Counted from the stretch's first letter, positions 1-9,386 are shown. The stretch is DNA of 62,544 nt from a virus (IMGVR_UViG_3300037502_000756:1-62544), one strand, 5' to 3'. The notes: a model not told the origin generated them from the letters alone. Program-made: numbers and translations.

Positions 1-124
1 GCACAGGCGACCAAGCTGCACACCGAGCAGGCTCGGGTCAGCGTCGGCGTTGCGCCGGATGATCTTTGTGGTGTACATGGTGTTGGGTGGGGGCGGCCCC
101 GGCGCAACCCGGGGCTATTGCAGG
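1..124. repeat. Terminal direct repeat, copy 1 (assembly circularisation overlap)
   Basis: 1-124 is identical to 62421-62544. It cuts through the 5' end of the HTH gene, so it is most likely an assembler overlap of a circular or permuted genome. Confidence 0.95.
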
Positions 125-184
125 GGGAAGGAGACCTCTACGAGCGACCCCCGCGCACGGCGCTCACCGCCGCCCCCATGATCG

Positions 185-1120
185 TCAGTCGTCGGCGTCG
201 TCGCCCCAGGCGGACAGGATCGCGTTGACGTTGGGTCCGTCGTTGGTGATCGGTGCTGAGACCTTGGCTTCACGGACCACCGGGACGGCTTCCGCAGGGG
301 CTGGCACGTCCTTGGTGACCTTGAACGCGCTGGGTGCAGAGGCAGGCTTGGCGACGGGCTTCGGCGCAGCCACAGGGGCCGGAGCGGGCTCCGGTGCCGC
401 AGGCACGTTGTCCATGTCAGCGATGGTCATGGTGACGGCGCTCACCGCCTCCGGGTCGTCCTTGCGGCGCATGACGGTGTCGTACTCGGCTTCAGTCAGC
501 GGGCGCACCGCGCTGAACACCAGCTTCATGTTCGCCGTGGCGTCGAAGCGCATCTCGGTCACGACAGCGTTGACCTCGACCCCGTGCCCACCGAGGAACC
601 GAGCGTACTGCTGCAGGCCCATCTTGCGCCCTTCGCCTTGGCCGAAAAGGCTCGACGCATTGATGTTCAGGGCATAGATATCACCCTGCACATCGTTCTC
701 CAGAAGCAGCGCCACGGGGCGGCTGTAGCGGCACGCCTTGGACTCGTTGGCCCCGGAGCCCTTGATGTCCTGCGGGCACCCTGCACAGGTGCGGTTCTGA
801 GGAGTCTTCACGCTGTCGTGCGGCTTGACGCCGTCGTCGGACCAGCACTGCGGGCGACCCTTGACACCCTTCTCGTAGGTGGTGCCGTAGAACGTGCGGC
901 GATTGGCATCGGATGCACGAACGATGATGACGTTCATGGCCCGCTCTTCGTTGACGGCGACTTCCTTGCCGCCGACGAGCATGTGCCATACGTTGTTCTC
1001 GATGCTGATGCGCTTCGAGTTGCCGCCGCCCATGAGCGACTTGGTCAGTTCACTCAGTTCCCCACGACGCAGGTGCGCCGGGAGTTGGTTGCCGGTTTGG
1101 AAAAGAGTCAGTTCAGACAT
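185..1120 (-). CDS. Putative ssDNA-binding/annealing protein
   Basis: 311 aa in the replication module. Has a CWS...C..C...C cluster, a Pro/Ala linker and an acidic C-terminus (WGDDADD). Confidence 0.55.
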   Translation of the reverse strand: MSELTLFQTGNQLPAHLRRGELSELTKSLMGGGNSKRISIENNVWHMLVGGKEVAVNEERAMNVIIVRASDANRRTFYGTTYEKGVKGRPQCWSDDGVKPHDSVKTPQNRTCAGCPQDIKGSGANESKACRYSRPVALLLENDVQGDIYALNINASSLFGQGEGRKMGLQQYARFLGGHGVEVNAVVTEMRFDATANMKLVFSAVRPLTEAEYDTVMRRKDDPEAVSAVTMTIADMDNVPAAPEPAPAPVAAPKPVAKPASAPSAFKVTKDVPAPAEAVPVVREAKVSAPITNDGPNVNAILSAWGDDADD

Positions 1121-1121
1121 G

Positions 1122-1532
1122 TTACGACCTCCTAATGGTCACGGTGTACTTCGACTCAGTGTTGAGTCCCTTGGGCATCTGGTCAGGGTGCGCCTCCAGC
1201 CAGTCCTTCATGGCCCTCTGTGCGATGCGTCGTTCGAGTAGATCGAGTGCTTGGTTCTCCTTGATGAAGTTGTGCATAGACTCCCAGTCGGAAGTCCAAT
1301 ACGAGGTCTTGACACTGCGGATCACAGTACCTGCGCCCGTGCGGATGCTGTCCGCACCGGCTTTCTTACACACATCCATGAGCATGCGCTCGATGACTTC
1401 CATCTGATCCTTGATGGCTTTGTCGTCGTCTTCATACTTCTTGGTCAGCGCGGCACGAGCATCGCGCATCTTGATGTACGCCTTGACGAGCTTCTCGGTG
1501 GGCACCTGGGGTGCCTCGGTTTCCTGTTCCAT
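1122..1532 (-). CDS. Conserved phage replication-module protein (coiled-coil N-terminus)
   Basis: 136 aa with a GGAGG RBS, tightly coupled to the downstream gene. Confidence 0.6.
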   Translation of the reverse strand: MEQETEAPQVPTEKLVKAYIKMRDARAALTKKYEDDDKAIKDQMEVIERMLMDVCKKAGADSIRTGAGTVIRSVKTSYWTSDWESMHNFIKENQALDLLERRIAQRAMKDWLEAHPDQMPKGLNTESKYTVTIRRS

Positions 1533-1558
1533 GTGGCCTCCTGTGGGGAAGGGTTCAG

Positions 1559-1587
1559 AGTTTACGGGTGAACTTTGGCCGTGTCAA
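1559..1587 (-). promoter_or_regulatory. sigma70-like promoter TTGACA-N17-TAAACT
   Basis: Perfect -35 and 17-nt spacer. A degenerate operator-like palindrome GTTTACGGGTGAAC overlaps the -10. Confidence 0.6.
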
Positions 1588-3121
1588 GCACTTCCTCTCG
1601 GTACAAGTTGAGCAGGGACTCCATGTCCTCGGTCTTGCCGTCGAGCGAATCGTAGAGCTTGCGCTCCACGTCACTGCCACAGAGCCTGACCACGAGGCAG
1701 GGGTTCTTCTGACCCGCACGGTGCACGCGGGCGTTGGCTTGGTGATAGGTCTCGTTGCTCGTCACAGGGCCCCACCACACGACCGTGTTGGCAGCATGCA
1801 GGGTCACGCCGTGCGAAGCCGCCGCAGGCTGGATGAGCAGTACCCTCGGGTCGGGCTCGGTCTGGAAGGCTTGAAAGATCCTCGTGCGCTGGCCCACCGG
1901 GACGCTGCCGTCGATGACCTCAACGGCGATCTTGTCTTTCTTCAGCCGCTCTTCCAGCACCGTGATGGTATGCCGGTACGGGACGAAGACCAGCACCTTG
2001 TGGGTGCTCTCCTCGATGGCTTCCAACAACACGTTGTAGCGGTTGGTGATGTCGAACTCGACGGTGTTACCGTCGTCGGAATACACCGCGCCGCCTGAGA
2101 CTTGCAACAACTTATTGAGGTTCGTCGCAGCGTTGACCGAGGTCACCGTCTCCGTGCCTGCTGACATGATGAACTGGTCTTTCAGGAGCTTGTAGTACTT
2201 GATCTGCTGCGGGGTCAGCGCTATTTCTCGTGTGGTGTAGAGAAGCTCCGGCAGGTCAAGGCACTCCTCCTTGGTGAAGCGAATAGCCGGTTGAAGTACC
2301 CTGTTGACGATTTCCGCAGCGTTGGACTTCTGTTTCCATTTGAACTGCGTGACCTTCCACATCACCATGTCTCGGAATGCGTAGAAGTATCTCGGCACCG
2401 ACTCAGGGTTCAGCATCTTGGCAAGACCGTAGGCATCGGTGGGTGCTTGGGACGCGGGGGTGCCGGTCGCCATCCATAGCCATGTGTCAGGAGTAATGAG
2501 ATCGTTGATCGCCTTCCAGCGTTTTGTCGTCGCTGTTTTTACTGCGTTCGCCTCATCAATGATGATGAGATCGAAGCCTCCGGCTTTGAGATCTTCCAAC
2601 ACCGTTTCGACGCCGTCGAAGTTGATGATCACGAACTCAGCATCGGACTGAATCACTTTGGCCCGCTTGCGTCTGTCGCCGTAAGCGACATCGACACGTC
2701 GGTGCATCACTACCTTGAACAAGTCCGCCTGCCATGCCGAGGACATGATAGATAGCGGGCAGATCACCAGCACCCGCTTGATGTAGCCTTTGTTCATTAG
2801 ATAGTCAGCAGCCCACGCGAATGCTGCGGTCTTACCTGTACCTGGGTCATTGAAGCAGAAAGCACGTTTGTTCAACGTCAGGAATGACGCCGTAGTACGT
2901 TGGTGGTTGAAGGGCTTGTAAAGCCCGGGCCAGTTGTAGCGCCGCTCGATGGGGGATGGCACTCCCTTGACGCCGATGTTCTTCAGTACCCGCGCCTCGT
3001 CCAGGCCCCACGCCACCAGCACTCGTCCATCGTCCAGCTTGGCGGACTTCGGGATGCTAGCCAGCACCCGCTCGGGGTGCCGGAGCTTCAACAACAGCGC
3101 TTTGTTGTCAATGATTTGCAT
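1562..3121 (-). CDS. SNF2-family (SF2) helicase
   Basis: Motif I DPGTGKT, motif II IIIDEAN, motif III ATGTP, motif VI QANARVHRAGQ. Confidence 0.92.
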   Translation of the reverse strand: MQIIDNKALLLKLRHPERVLASIPKSAKLDDGRVLVAWGLDEARVLKNIGVKGVPSPIERRYNWPGLYKPFNHQRTTASFLTLNKRAFCFNDPGTGKTAAFAWAADYLMNKGYIKRVLVICPLSIMSSAWQADLFKVVMHRRVDVAYGDRRKRAKVIQSDAEFVIINFDGVETVLEDLKAGGFDLIIIDEANAVKTATTKRWKAINDLITPDTWLWMATGTPASQAPTDAYGLAKMLNPESVPRYFYAFRDMVMWKVTQFKWKQKSNAAEIVNRVLQPAIRFTKEECLDLPELLYTTREIALTPQQIKYYKLLKDQFIMSAGTETVTSVNAATNLNKLLQVSGGAVYSDDGNTVEFDITNRYNVLLEAIEESTHKVLVFVPYRHTITVLEERLKKDKIAVEVIDGSVPVGQRTRIFQAFQTEPDPRVLLIQPAAASHGVTLHAANTVVWWGPVTSNETYHQANARVHRAGQKNPCLVVRLCGSDVERKLYDSLDGKTEDMESLLNLYREEVLDTAKVHP

Positions 3122-3124
3122 GGC

Positions 3125-3667
3125 TCACTTCAGTGCGAACTTGTGATCTTCCGCCATCCTGATCAGCCGCAGTGCCTGCGTCTTGGCGTCGTCCAGTGCG
3201 TGGTGCCCGGTGCCTACCCGCTCGACCTTGGTCTTCATGAACATTGACGCCATCGTTCGATAGCAACGGTCATTCCAGTAATGCCACGGGGTGTCCATGT
3301 CCAGTGCACGGTAGGCAGCGGCCACCAGTGCGTTGTCGAAGTTGGCACCGTTCCCCCAGACAATGGCGTTGTCCAGCGGGGGCATCCACATGGTCAGTTT
3401 GGTCAAGGCCAAATTGATCGGTAGTTCCCCTTTGAACGCCGCCGCCCGTGCTTCAGCGGACTGCTCGCTCCACCACTTGAGGGTGCTTCTTTGCGCCTTC
3501 AGTCCCGCTGCCTTACAAGACTCTGCGTCAATGGTGGTATAGAACTCCCCGCTGATCCCATCCATGCCGAACTTCACAGCACCAATAGAAAGGATCGTAT
3601 CCCCCGGGCGCGTGCCCAAAGTCTCAATGTCGATCATGACATGTTGGCGTACATCTTTGATGTCCAT
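3125..3667 (-). CDS. DEDD 3'-5' exonuclease (exo VIII / Rv2179c-like)
   Basis: MIDIETLG, WGNGANFD, HHALDDA motifs. ATG at 3667 has an AGGAG RBS. Confidence 0.88.
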   Translation of the reverse strand: MDIKDVRQHVMIDIETLGTRPGDTILSIGAVKFGMDGISGEFYTTIDAESCKAAGLKAQRSTLKWWSEQSAEARAAAFKGELPINLALTKLTMWMPPLDNAIVWGNGANFDNALVAAAYRALDMDTPWHYWNDRCYRTMASMFMKTKVERVGTGHHALDDAKTQALRLIRMAEDHKFALK

Positions 3668-3692
3668 GTTCTCTCCTGTGCAAACGAAAGTC

Positions 3693-3764
3693 GCTTGAGG
3701 GACAAAGTCCGTCAAGCTCGAAGCCCCGAAGGGCGGACAAGCCTAGCACCTTGCGATGCTAGGC
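3693..3764 (-). other. Structured intergenic RNA element (three hairpins)
   Basis: Minus strand: GCCUAGCAUC-GCAA-GGUGCUAGGC, GCCC-UUCG-GGGC, GCUUGA..GGAC-UUU-GUCC..UCAAGC. Confidence 0.5.
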
Positions 3765-3784
3765 GAATGAGGACAAACCCGGGG

Positions 3785-4051
3785 TCAGCCCCCGGACTTC
3801 GGTCCCTTGAAATTCCGTGCGCTGTTCGCGCTGAAGCTCTTGAGCTTCACATTCCCAGGCTTGCTCTTGCCACCGTCTTTGATAGGGACAACGTGATCTA
3901 AAGCCTTGCCTTTCCGCGAAGCCTTGCCGTTCTCTTTGTCCCAGGCACGCCGCGCCCGTTGGCGTTCGGATTGCTTTGCCCTACCGCCACCCGCCAGGAA
4001 GTCGGCATACTCTTTTTTGTGATCTCGGTCTTTAGGGTCTTTGTACGGCAT
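3785..4051 (-). CDS. Small HNH endonuclease-like protein
   Basis: LDHVVPIKDGG...N......N pattern, 88 aa. Confidence 0.75.
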   Translation of the reverse strand: MPYKDPKDRDHKKEYADFLAGGGRAKQSERQRARRAWDKENGKASRKGKALDHVVPIKDGGKSKPGNVKLKSFSANSARNFKGPKSGG

Positions 4052-4729
4052 TTAGTTCGCTCCATTATGCGGGCATGACACCACCACGCAGTGTCGCTTA
4101 CAAAGTCCCGAAGGGCTCGGGTTCCACACGCCCGTGCGGTGTGCGTTCTCAAGGCGCTTGACATCACTCAGCCACTGCTGCCAGTAGATCTTCTCTTGCT
4201 CAGCGGTGTACTCCGCTGGCTTGAACGAGTTCGCCACGACGAACAGCAGCCCTGCCTTGACTTTCTTGATCCCAGGAAAGTGCTTGAACACCATCAACGC
4301 CATCAGTTCAAGCTGTGCAGTGTCCGCGTACTTGGCGGACTTCCCGGTCTTGTAGTCTACGATCCGTGCAACACCAGTCTCGTGGTTGACGATGAGCAGG
4401 TCAGCGATGCCCCGGCACCAGACGTTCGGGTCTTTGAACCCACAGGGCTCGAAGTCCTTCGTCAGCCCCATCTCGTATTCGCAGAACTTCTCCCCGGGCA
4501 GCGCCCGGAGCGTGTCAAGCTGCCCCTTGACGTAAGCGAACGCCTCGGGCAGCGAGGTGCCGTCGCGGATGTATCGTTCCGCCGCCTCGTGGAAGTTCGA
4601 CCCGTAGAGCGTGGCCTCGGTGTACTCAGGCTCTTTGAAGTTCTTCGCTACCTTGATCTCAAAAAACTTTTTTGCACAAGTCTTGAACGACTTGAGGGAC
4701 GAATACGACCAAGGACCGGGCAAGCTCAT
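4052..4729 (-). CDS. PD-(D/E)XK nuclease (RecB/Cas4-like exonuclease)
   Basis: WSYSSLKSF..C, G..FH, GIADL, IVDYKTG, QL..MAL and C-terminal Cys cluster. Start at ATG 4729. Confidence 0.88.
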   Translation of the reverse strand: MSLPGPWSYSSLKSFKTCAKKFFEIKVAKNFKEPEYTEATLYGSNFHEAAERYIRDGTSLPEAFAYVKGQLDTLRALPGEKFCEYEMGLTKDFEPCGFKDPNVWCRGIADLLIVNHETGVARIVDYKTGKSAKYADTAQLELMALMVFKHFPGIKKVKAGLLFVVANSFKPAEYTAEQEKIYWQQWLSDVKRLENAHRTGVWNPSPSGLCKRHCVVVSCPHNGAN

Positions 4730-4932
4730 GAGGACGCACCTGTGCGGGCCAAGGGCCCGTTCTCCATGATGGCGAGAGTGGCCGACAGGATACGCGCCTC
4801 CACGCCCAAATGCAAGGCCACCTCGCGGGCCTCGGCGTAGCGGTGCTCCAGGCACAGGTCGTGTACCTTCCGGAGCATGTGCTCCATGTTCATCATCGGC
4901 ATGGCATAGTCGGTGATCTCTTCAGTCGTCAT
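4726..4932 (-). CDS. Hypothetical protein (MTTEEITDY...)
   Basis: Overlapping start/stop coupling with both neighbours and a GGAG RBS. Confidence 0.55.
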   Translation of the reverse strand: MTTEEITDYAMPMMNMEHMLRKVHDLCLEHRYAEAREVALHLGVEARILSATLAIMENGPLARTGASS

Positions 4933-6787
4933 GCAGTTCTCCATAGTTGTAGCCCCACTTCGATTCACAGTTGATCGGGCACCCCTGTGCCCAGTCAGGT
5001 ACCCAGCGCATGCAGGATTCGACATAAGCCCGCGCCGCTTGGCGCTCTTCTTCCCGTGCCAATGCTATCACGCTGTCGTGCACGGTGAGCTTGACGGGTA
5101 ACTTGCGAGAAATACGTAGCGCCTGACTCATGACGATAATGCGTGCCAACGCCTGTACCAAATTCTCAATAAGTTTCCCACCATATATGTTTACCACACC
5201 AGTGTCATCCTTGTACCTCCACTCAATGAAGCGCTCACCCTGCGCACGGTGGAGTTGCGGATAGCTGATGTAGAGCCCGCTAGGCAGCTTGATGCCCTTC
5301 TTGCCCTCGATCAACGCCACACCCTCGCGCCCCAGCCACATGCTCTCATCGTAGTACATCGAGCGGATGGCGCCATCCCCCCGTGCCCACAGATCCACGA
5401 TGCGCGGCACGCTATCACGGTAGGTGTTGATGATTTTCTCGCACTCAATGAGTTCTAGATCGACCGACGGCGTCGCCGCCTTGAGCGTTGCTTTGAGTTT
5501 CCCTGCGCCCGTTTGGTAGCCGCAACCGAGCGTCACGGTCTTCCCGACGAAGCGCTCTAACTTATCTGCCTTAGTGACCGTCTTGCCGTAGATCTTAGAC
5601 GCGAGTTTACAGTACACATCAACGTTATTGGCGAAGTCTTGGACAAGGTCATCCTGTCCCGCCAGCCACGCAAGCACCCGCGCCTCGATGTTCGATGAGT
5701 CGCAGTCGACGATGACGTAGCCGGGGGGTGCTTCGATGCACGACTTAAGGTTGGTGTTACCACGCGAAGGGAGGTTTTGTAAGTTGATCCTATCGCCGCC
5801 CGATGAGCGCTTTGTCCGTGCATAGGCATATTTGAGTGGCACAGGGAAAGTGTCGCCCCGCTTCGAGATACCGATGAACCGCTCAGTTCTCGTCTCCTCC
5901 AGGATGCTCTTCACCCCTAACCTTGCAGCGGCCACAGCCTGCACGCGCTCGTCCTCATGGTCGAGGAGTTCCTTCATGCCCGGGTCAGTCTTGGCGAAGG
6001 CAAACGTGGTCTTGCCCGTCGTCGCGCTAATCTTCATGGGCGGCTCGACGCCGAACCCGCGTAGCACCTCTGCGAACTTCTGGTTGCTCATGAGCAGGCC
6101 AACCTCAACCCCCGCCGCCGACAACAACTCCGCCTTGCGGTCTCGCACCGCTGCGAGGTGCGCCTCCAGCTTGTCTCGGTTCAGCTTGAGCATCGGCTCA
6201 GTGAACATGCGGATGTGCAGGTCGATGAGCTTCAGCTCTTCGATGGGGTAGGGCCCCCGGAAGTCAGCCTCGGTCGGGTTGTACCAACCGTTAGACATGA
6301 GGGTCCACAGCTCATAGCACAGGTCAACGTCGAGAAGACAGTACTCGGAGTACTGTCGGAACTCCCCCGGTGACATGTCGGAGCGTTTACGCCCCATCAT
6401 GTTCATGACATAGGTGCCCTTGTCCTCCAGATGGTAACGCTTCGCCAGTGATGCCAAGGAGTTGTTCCGGGCGCTGAACATGGCACGGGCCATACTGAGG
6501 GTATCGAGCCACGCGCGGGGTTTGACCCCGAACTTCCACGCCAGGATGGCACCGTCGAACAGCGTGTTGTGGCACAGGATTGCGTACTGGTCCCAGGGCA
6601 CTGCATCGCACCACTGCTTGATTTCAAGGTGGGTGCCAGAGACGACTTCCTTCGACCCATCCGGCCAGCGGACGCCAAGCATGATGATCTCAAAGCGCGG
6701 GTCGCGGATGTACTCCTCGGTGGTCAGCTTGCTGAGGCTGTACTCACGGTCATAAAACGTCTCGAAGTCTAGCGTTATTATCTCCAT
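4922..6787 (-). CDS. polA: DNA polymerase family A with 3'-5' exonuclease
   Basis: Exo motifs LDFET, HN..FD, Y...D. Motif A DSSNIEAR, motif B RFVGKTVTLGCGY (Leu at the 762 position), motif C VHDS. Confidence 0.95.
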   Translation of the reverse strand: MEIITLDFETFYDREYSLSKLTTEEYIRDPRFEIIMLGVRWPDGSKEVVSGTHLEIKQWCDAVPWDQYAILCHNTLFDGAILAWKFGVKPRAWLDTLSMARAMFSARNNSLASLAKRYHLEDKGTYVMNMMGRKRSDMSPGEFRQYSEYCLLDVDLCYELWTLMSNGWYNPTEADFRGPYPIEELKLIDLHIRMFTEPMLKLNRDKLEAHLAAVRDRKAELLSAAGVEVGLLMSNQKFAEVLRGFGVEPPMKISATTGKTTFAFAKTDPGMKELLDHEDERVQAVAAARLGVKSILEETRTERFIGISKRGDTFPVPLKYAYARTKRSSGGDRINLQNLPSRGNTNLKSCIEAPPGYVIVDCDSSNIEARVLAWLAGQDDLVQDFANNVDVYCKLASKIYGKTVTKADKLERFVGKTVTLGCGYQTGAGKLKATLKAATPSVDLELIECEKIINTYRDSVPRIVDLWARGDGAIRSMYYDESMWLGREGVALIEGKKGIKLPSGLYISYPQLHRAQGERFIEWRYKDDTGVVNIYGGKLIENLVQALARIIVMSQALRISRKLPVKLTVHDSVIALAREEERQAARAYVESCMRWVPDWAQGCPINCESKWGYNYGELHDD

Positions 6788-7077
6788 TACGTGTTCTCCC
6801 AGAACCAGCGGTCGAGCAGATCGAGGGTGTCTTCGCGGACAACTATCGCGGCACCTCCCGCTTGATGGATCTTCATCATCTCCTGCTCTTGAAGGGCGGT
6901 GGGTTTGTTGAACCCGGCCTTGCACTCGATACCCAGGAATTTCCCTCGGAAACATACGATGATGTCGGGAATGCCCGAGCGACCATAGCCCCCCATGACG
7001 GGGAAGAAGTAGTACGCTTTGTGTTTCTTAATGATGTCAACGGCCTTGGCCTTGACTTTAGATTCAGGTGTTGCCAT
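6787..7077 (-). CDS. VRR-NUC domain nuclease
   Basis: PE..V, GIPDIIVC..G.F.GIECKA...PT.LQ motif. Confidence 0.88.
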   Translation of the reverse strand: MATPESKVKAKAVDIIKKHKAYYFFPVMGGYGRSGIPDIIVCFRGKFLGIECKAGFNKPTALQEQEMMKIHQAGGAAIVVREDTLDLLDRWFWENT

Positions 7078-7303
7078 TGTGTTCGGTGTCGGTGTCAGGT
7101 TGCAAATAACCAAGCTCGATGAGCTTAGCTTTACCGCGTAGATAGCGGTCACGTCTTGCCGCTTGCTCTGCGAGGTAGCTCGCAGCTTCGTTGTCAGGTA
7201 GTTCGATGGTGGTGAACCGGTGCCCGTTGGCACACTCACGCCTGCGGCGTGGCGAGCGCGTCTCCAGCACATCCGTCCAGGCCCCGCACTGCGGGCATTT
7301 CAC
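7064..7303 (-). CDS. Zn-ribbon protein (NrdR N-terminal-like)
   Basis: MKCPQCG...VLETR..RRRREC..GHRFTTIE. Confidence 0.75.
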   Translation of the reverse strand: MKCPQCGAWTDVLETRSPRRRRECANGHRFTTIELPDNEAASYLAEQAARRDRYLRGKAKLIELGYLQPDTDTEHNGNT

Positions 7304-7455
7304 AACAGCGCCTCCTCACCCTGGCCCCGCTCCGCGCGAGCCTGCCGTGCAAACCACCGGGCAACGATGGCACGCTCCTCGTCGGTCTTGAAGGGCCAGA
7401 GCCAGCGGTGCATGGTCAGGCCGCAGGGGTGTAGGGGTTCGTTCGCTTCGCTCAT
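7300..7455 (-). CDS. Small hypothetical protein
   Basis: ATGA/GTGA coupling to neighbours. Confidence 0.5.
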   Translation of the reverse strand: MSEANEPLHPCGLTMHRWLWPFKTDEERAIVARWFARQARAERGQGEEALL

Positions 7456-7592
7456 TTGACCGCCTTCAAAAAACCTATCCAACAAACCACGCCAAAGATA
7501 ACGGCGATAGTCTTGAGTAGATCTCCTTCAATTGCATATAAAAAGGCAATGCACAGCCATATGAACAGACCGGCTAGAGCAAAGAACTTCAT
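7452..7592 (-). CDS. Small two-TM membrane protein
   Basis: MKFFALAGLFIWLCIAFLYA...IAVIFGVVCWIGF, with a GGAGG RBS. Confidence 0.55.
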   Translation of the reverse strand: MKFFALAGLFIWLCIAFLYAIEGDLLKTIAVIFGVVCWIGFLKAVK

Positions 7593-7672
7593 CTCCACCT
7601 CCAGAACAAAAGCACCGCCACCCCCACAAGCCACGCCACAACGACGGCATCAAGGATGAGGTCTGGGTTCAT
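7589..7672 (-). CDS. 27-aa single-TM peptide (MNPDLILDAVVVAWLVGVAVLLFWRWR), not in the ORF track
   Basis: Translated by hand. Fills the gap and its stop overlaps the next start (ATGA). Confidence 0.5.
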   Translation of the reverse strand: MNPDLILDAVVVAWLVGVAVLLFWRWR

Positions 7673-7835
7673 AGATTTTGGACTCACATGGTGTATCAAG
7701 TACCCACGGGCCGATCCACACGGTGCGGGTGGCAGTGGGGTCCAGGGGACTGTTGTTGATGTTTCTCAGGCAGTTCTTGCACTCGGGCTTGTGCGCACTG
7801 GCGCACCGGGCGAAGTCATTGGGTAGGTAGGTCAT
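7650..7835 (-). CDS. Small Cys-rich protein
   Basis: D.ARC......C..CLR motif, GAGGAG RBS. Confidence 0.6.
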   Translation of the reverse strand: MTYLPNDFARCASAHKPECKNCLRNINNSPLDPTATRTVWIGPWVLDTPCESKIYEPRPHP

Positions 7836-8047
7836 GGTTGCTCCTCAATCAGACGGGCGATGCACCCACCGTAGTTGGTGTTCGGGTGGTCGTGGTCGAA
7901 CTCGCGGGCAATCTGGGCGCAGCGCTGGCGTTCGGCGGCTACCGCCGCCTGCGCCGCCGCAGTGGCGGCTTCCATGGTATCCGCCACGCCTCTGTCATAG
8001 CTCTCCATCAACAGTTGGAGGAGTTCTTTTCTGAGGTCCGTGGTCAT
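7832..8047 (-). CDS. Hypothetical protein (AER..CA motif family)
   Basis: AAERQRCAQIA, ATGA coupling. Confidence 0.6.
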   Translation of the reverse strand: MTTDLRKELLQLLMESYDRGVADTMEAATAAAQAAVAAERQRCAQIAREFDHDHPNTNYGGCIARLIEEQP

Positions 8048-8379
8048 GTCTTGCTCCTTGCCCTGATCTCCGCAGCGCACCGTTGCGCAATCCCTTCGAC
8101 GCTGGCGTGCTGGTCGCAGATGTCGGCGCAGGCGGCGCGTTCCATCAGCAGCCCCTCCGCAATCTGCGTGCCGAGGTGGTCCAGCAGGTCTTCGATGGTA
8201 TCGCCATGCCCGGTGGCGTAGCCCATGCTGCGCATCCATGCGGCAACCTTTTCGCGTTTGGCGGCGGCGATGAGGGCGGCGAAGTTGGCAAGCTCCCTCC
8301 ATCCGTCGTCATCGCGCTCAGAGTAGGCGATTGCCAACCCGGCCTCTCTCGCCATGCGCAGGATGTCTTCTGGGGTCAT
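8044..8379 (-). CDS. Hypothetical protein (MAREAG...ERAACA family)
   Basis: MTPEDILRMAREAG, FAALIAAA, ERAACADIC, CAAEIRAR. Confidence 0.7.
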   Translation of the reverse strand: MTPEDILRMAREAGLAIAYSERDDDGWRELANFAALIAAAKREKVAAWMRSMGYATGHGDTIEDLLDHLGTQIAEGLLMERAACADICDQHASVEGIAQRCAAEIRARSKT

Positions 8380-8711
8380 GTCCTACTCCTCCCAATCTCA
8401 GCCGCAGCCCTGACGATGGCGCGGCGGGTGGCGGCGTAGGGGTCGCCCCTATACGTTTCAAAAACCACATCTTCTGCTAAAGACGTTGCGGGGTTTGAAA
8501 CCCAAACTTCATCGCCTGAAGGATGGACATGCAGGTCCAACTGCACCGCCAGCCGCAGTGCATCGCCGTCGTCTCTCAACGGATTCCAGACTTTGTCGAA
8601 AAAGAACCCGCCATCAGGCCGAGGCTTTGCCATCATGTTCCATGCGTCGCACCATTGGTGCGGCAACCCAGCCGCCTTCGCAGCGAGTTCCAGTAGTTCT
8701 CTGTCGCTCAT
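8376..8711 (-). CDS. NinX/DUF2591-related phage protein
   Basis: LLELAAKAAG...WNPL.DDGDALRLAV...AATRRAIVRAAAEIG. Confidence 0.6.
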   Translation of the reverse strand: MSDRELLELAAKAAGLPHQWCDAWNMMAKPRPDGGFFFDKVWNPLRDDGDALRLAVQLDLHVHPSGDEVWVSNPATSLAEDVVFETYRGDPYAATRRAIVRAAAEIGRSRT

Positions 8712-8941
8712 GTCTTACTCCTTTCCGGCCACGATGCGGGCCGGTCTGTCCATTCGATTTCGTCTGGTCGGCGTACGACTTTGTGCGAGACTTCAAGCTC
8801 AATGCTCCAAAGGGGTTCGCCCTTGAAGCATGGCCCGCCCCAGTGCTTGCCGTCCCACCAGCGCAAGCATTCCTTGTCGCGGTATGCACTCGCAGGCCAC
8901 CAGCCGATGCTAGGCGGCGGTCCTTTGTGCCATGTGGTCAT
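8708..8941 (-). CDS. Trp-rich hypothetical protein
   Basis: WHKGPPPSIGWWPAS...RWWDG..W. Confidence 0.6.
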   Translation of the reverse strand: MTTWHKGPPPSIGWWPASAYRDKECLRWWDGKHWGGPCFKGEPLWSIELEVSHKVVRRPDEIEWTDRPASWPERSKT

Positions 8942-9162
8942 TTCGGTTCCTCCGCAAGTCCGCGCCAGGGCGTTATGAGTGGAGCGCGTGCGCGAAATTC
9001 TTTGAATTTGTGCATTGCGCCGCTTGGAGTGGTCTCGCCAGCGTACCAGTGCTTGCCGCACCAGTACCTATACCATTTTGTCAGCGCGACCAAGGCTCTG
9101 ACCTCATACACCCCCGCCCTGACAGGCTTGACTTTGGCGGGGAACCACGGGGTGAGTTTCAT
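8938..9162 (-). CDS. Hypothetical protein (TPWFP...PVR.GVYE family)
   Basis: ATGA coupling, ends WRGL. Confidence 0.6.
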   Translation of the reverse strand: MKLTPWFPAKVKPVRAGVYEVRALVALTKWYRYWCGKHWYAGETTPSGAMHKFKEFRARAPLITPWRGLAEEPK

Positions 9163-9386
9163 AGCGTCTCCCTATGCTCCGCCAATGCGGTGTTGATGAT
9201 GTAGAGCAGATCGTCCACTGTGCCGCCATTCAGCGTCTCGCGGATCATGTCGATGGCCCCGACAAGTTTGAGGTTGGCGGAGTGCATGCGGCGCAGTTCG
9301 GCTGCGGCTTCTTCTAGGTTGTGCGACGGGTCGTACTGATCGTCAAGAAAATCAGCCGGCCGCAGGGCTTCGGGTTGGTCAGCCAT
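9159..9386 (-). CDS. Hypothetical protein (QPEALR..D...AAAELRR)
   Basis: GGAG RBS and coupling. Confidence 0.55.
   Translation of the reverse strand: MADQPEALRPADFLDDQYDPSHNLEEAAAELRRMHSANLKLVGAIDMIRETLNGGTVDDLLYIINTALAEHRETL

Noticed and set aside
1-124. Biological direct terminal repeat
   Set aside because: The repeat is short, exact and falls inside the start of the HTH gene. An assembly overlap is more likely; read mapping is needed to decide.
4052-4729. Cas4 as part of a CRISPR system
   Set aside because: It is a stand-alone PD-(D/E)XK nuclease in the replication module, with no array or other cas genes.
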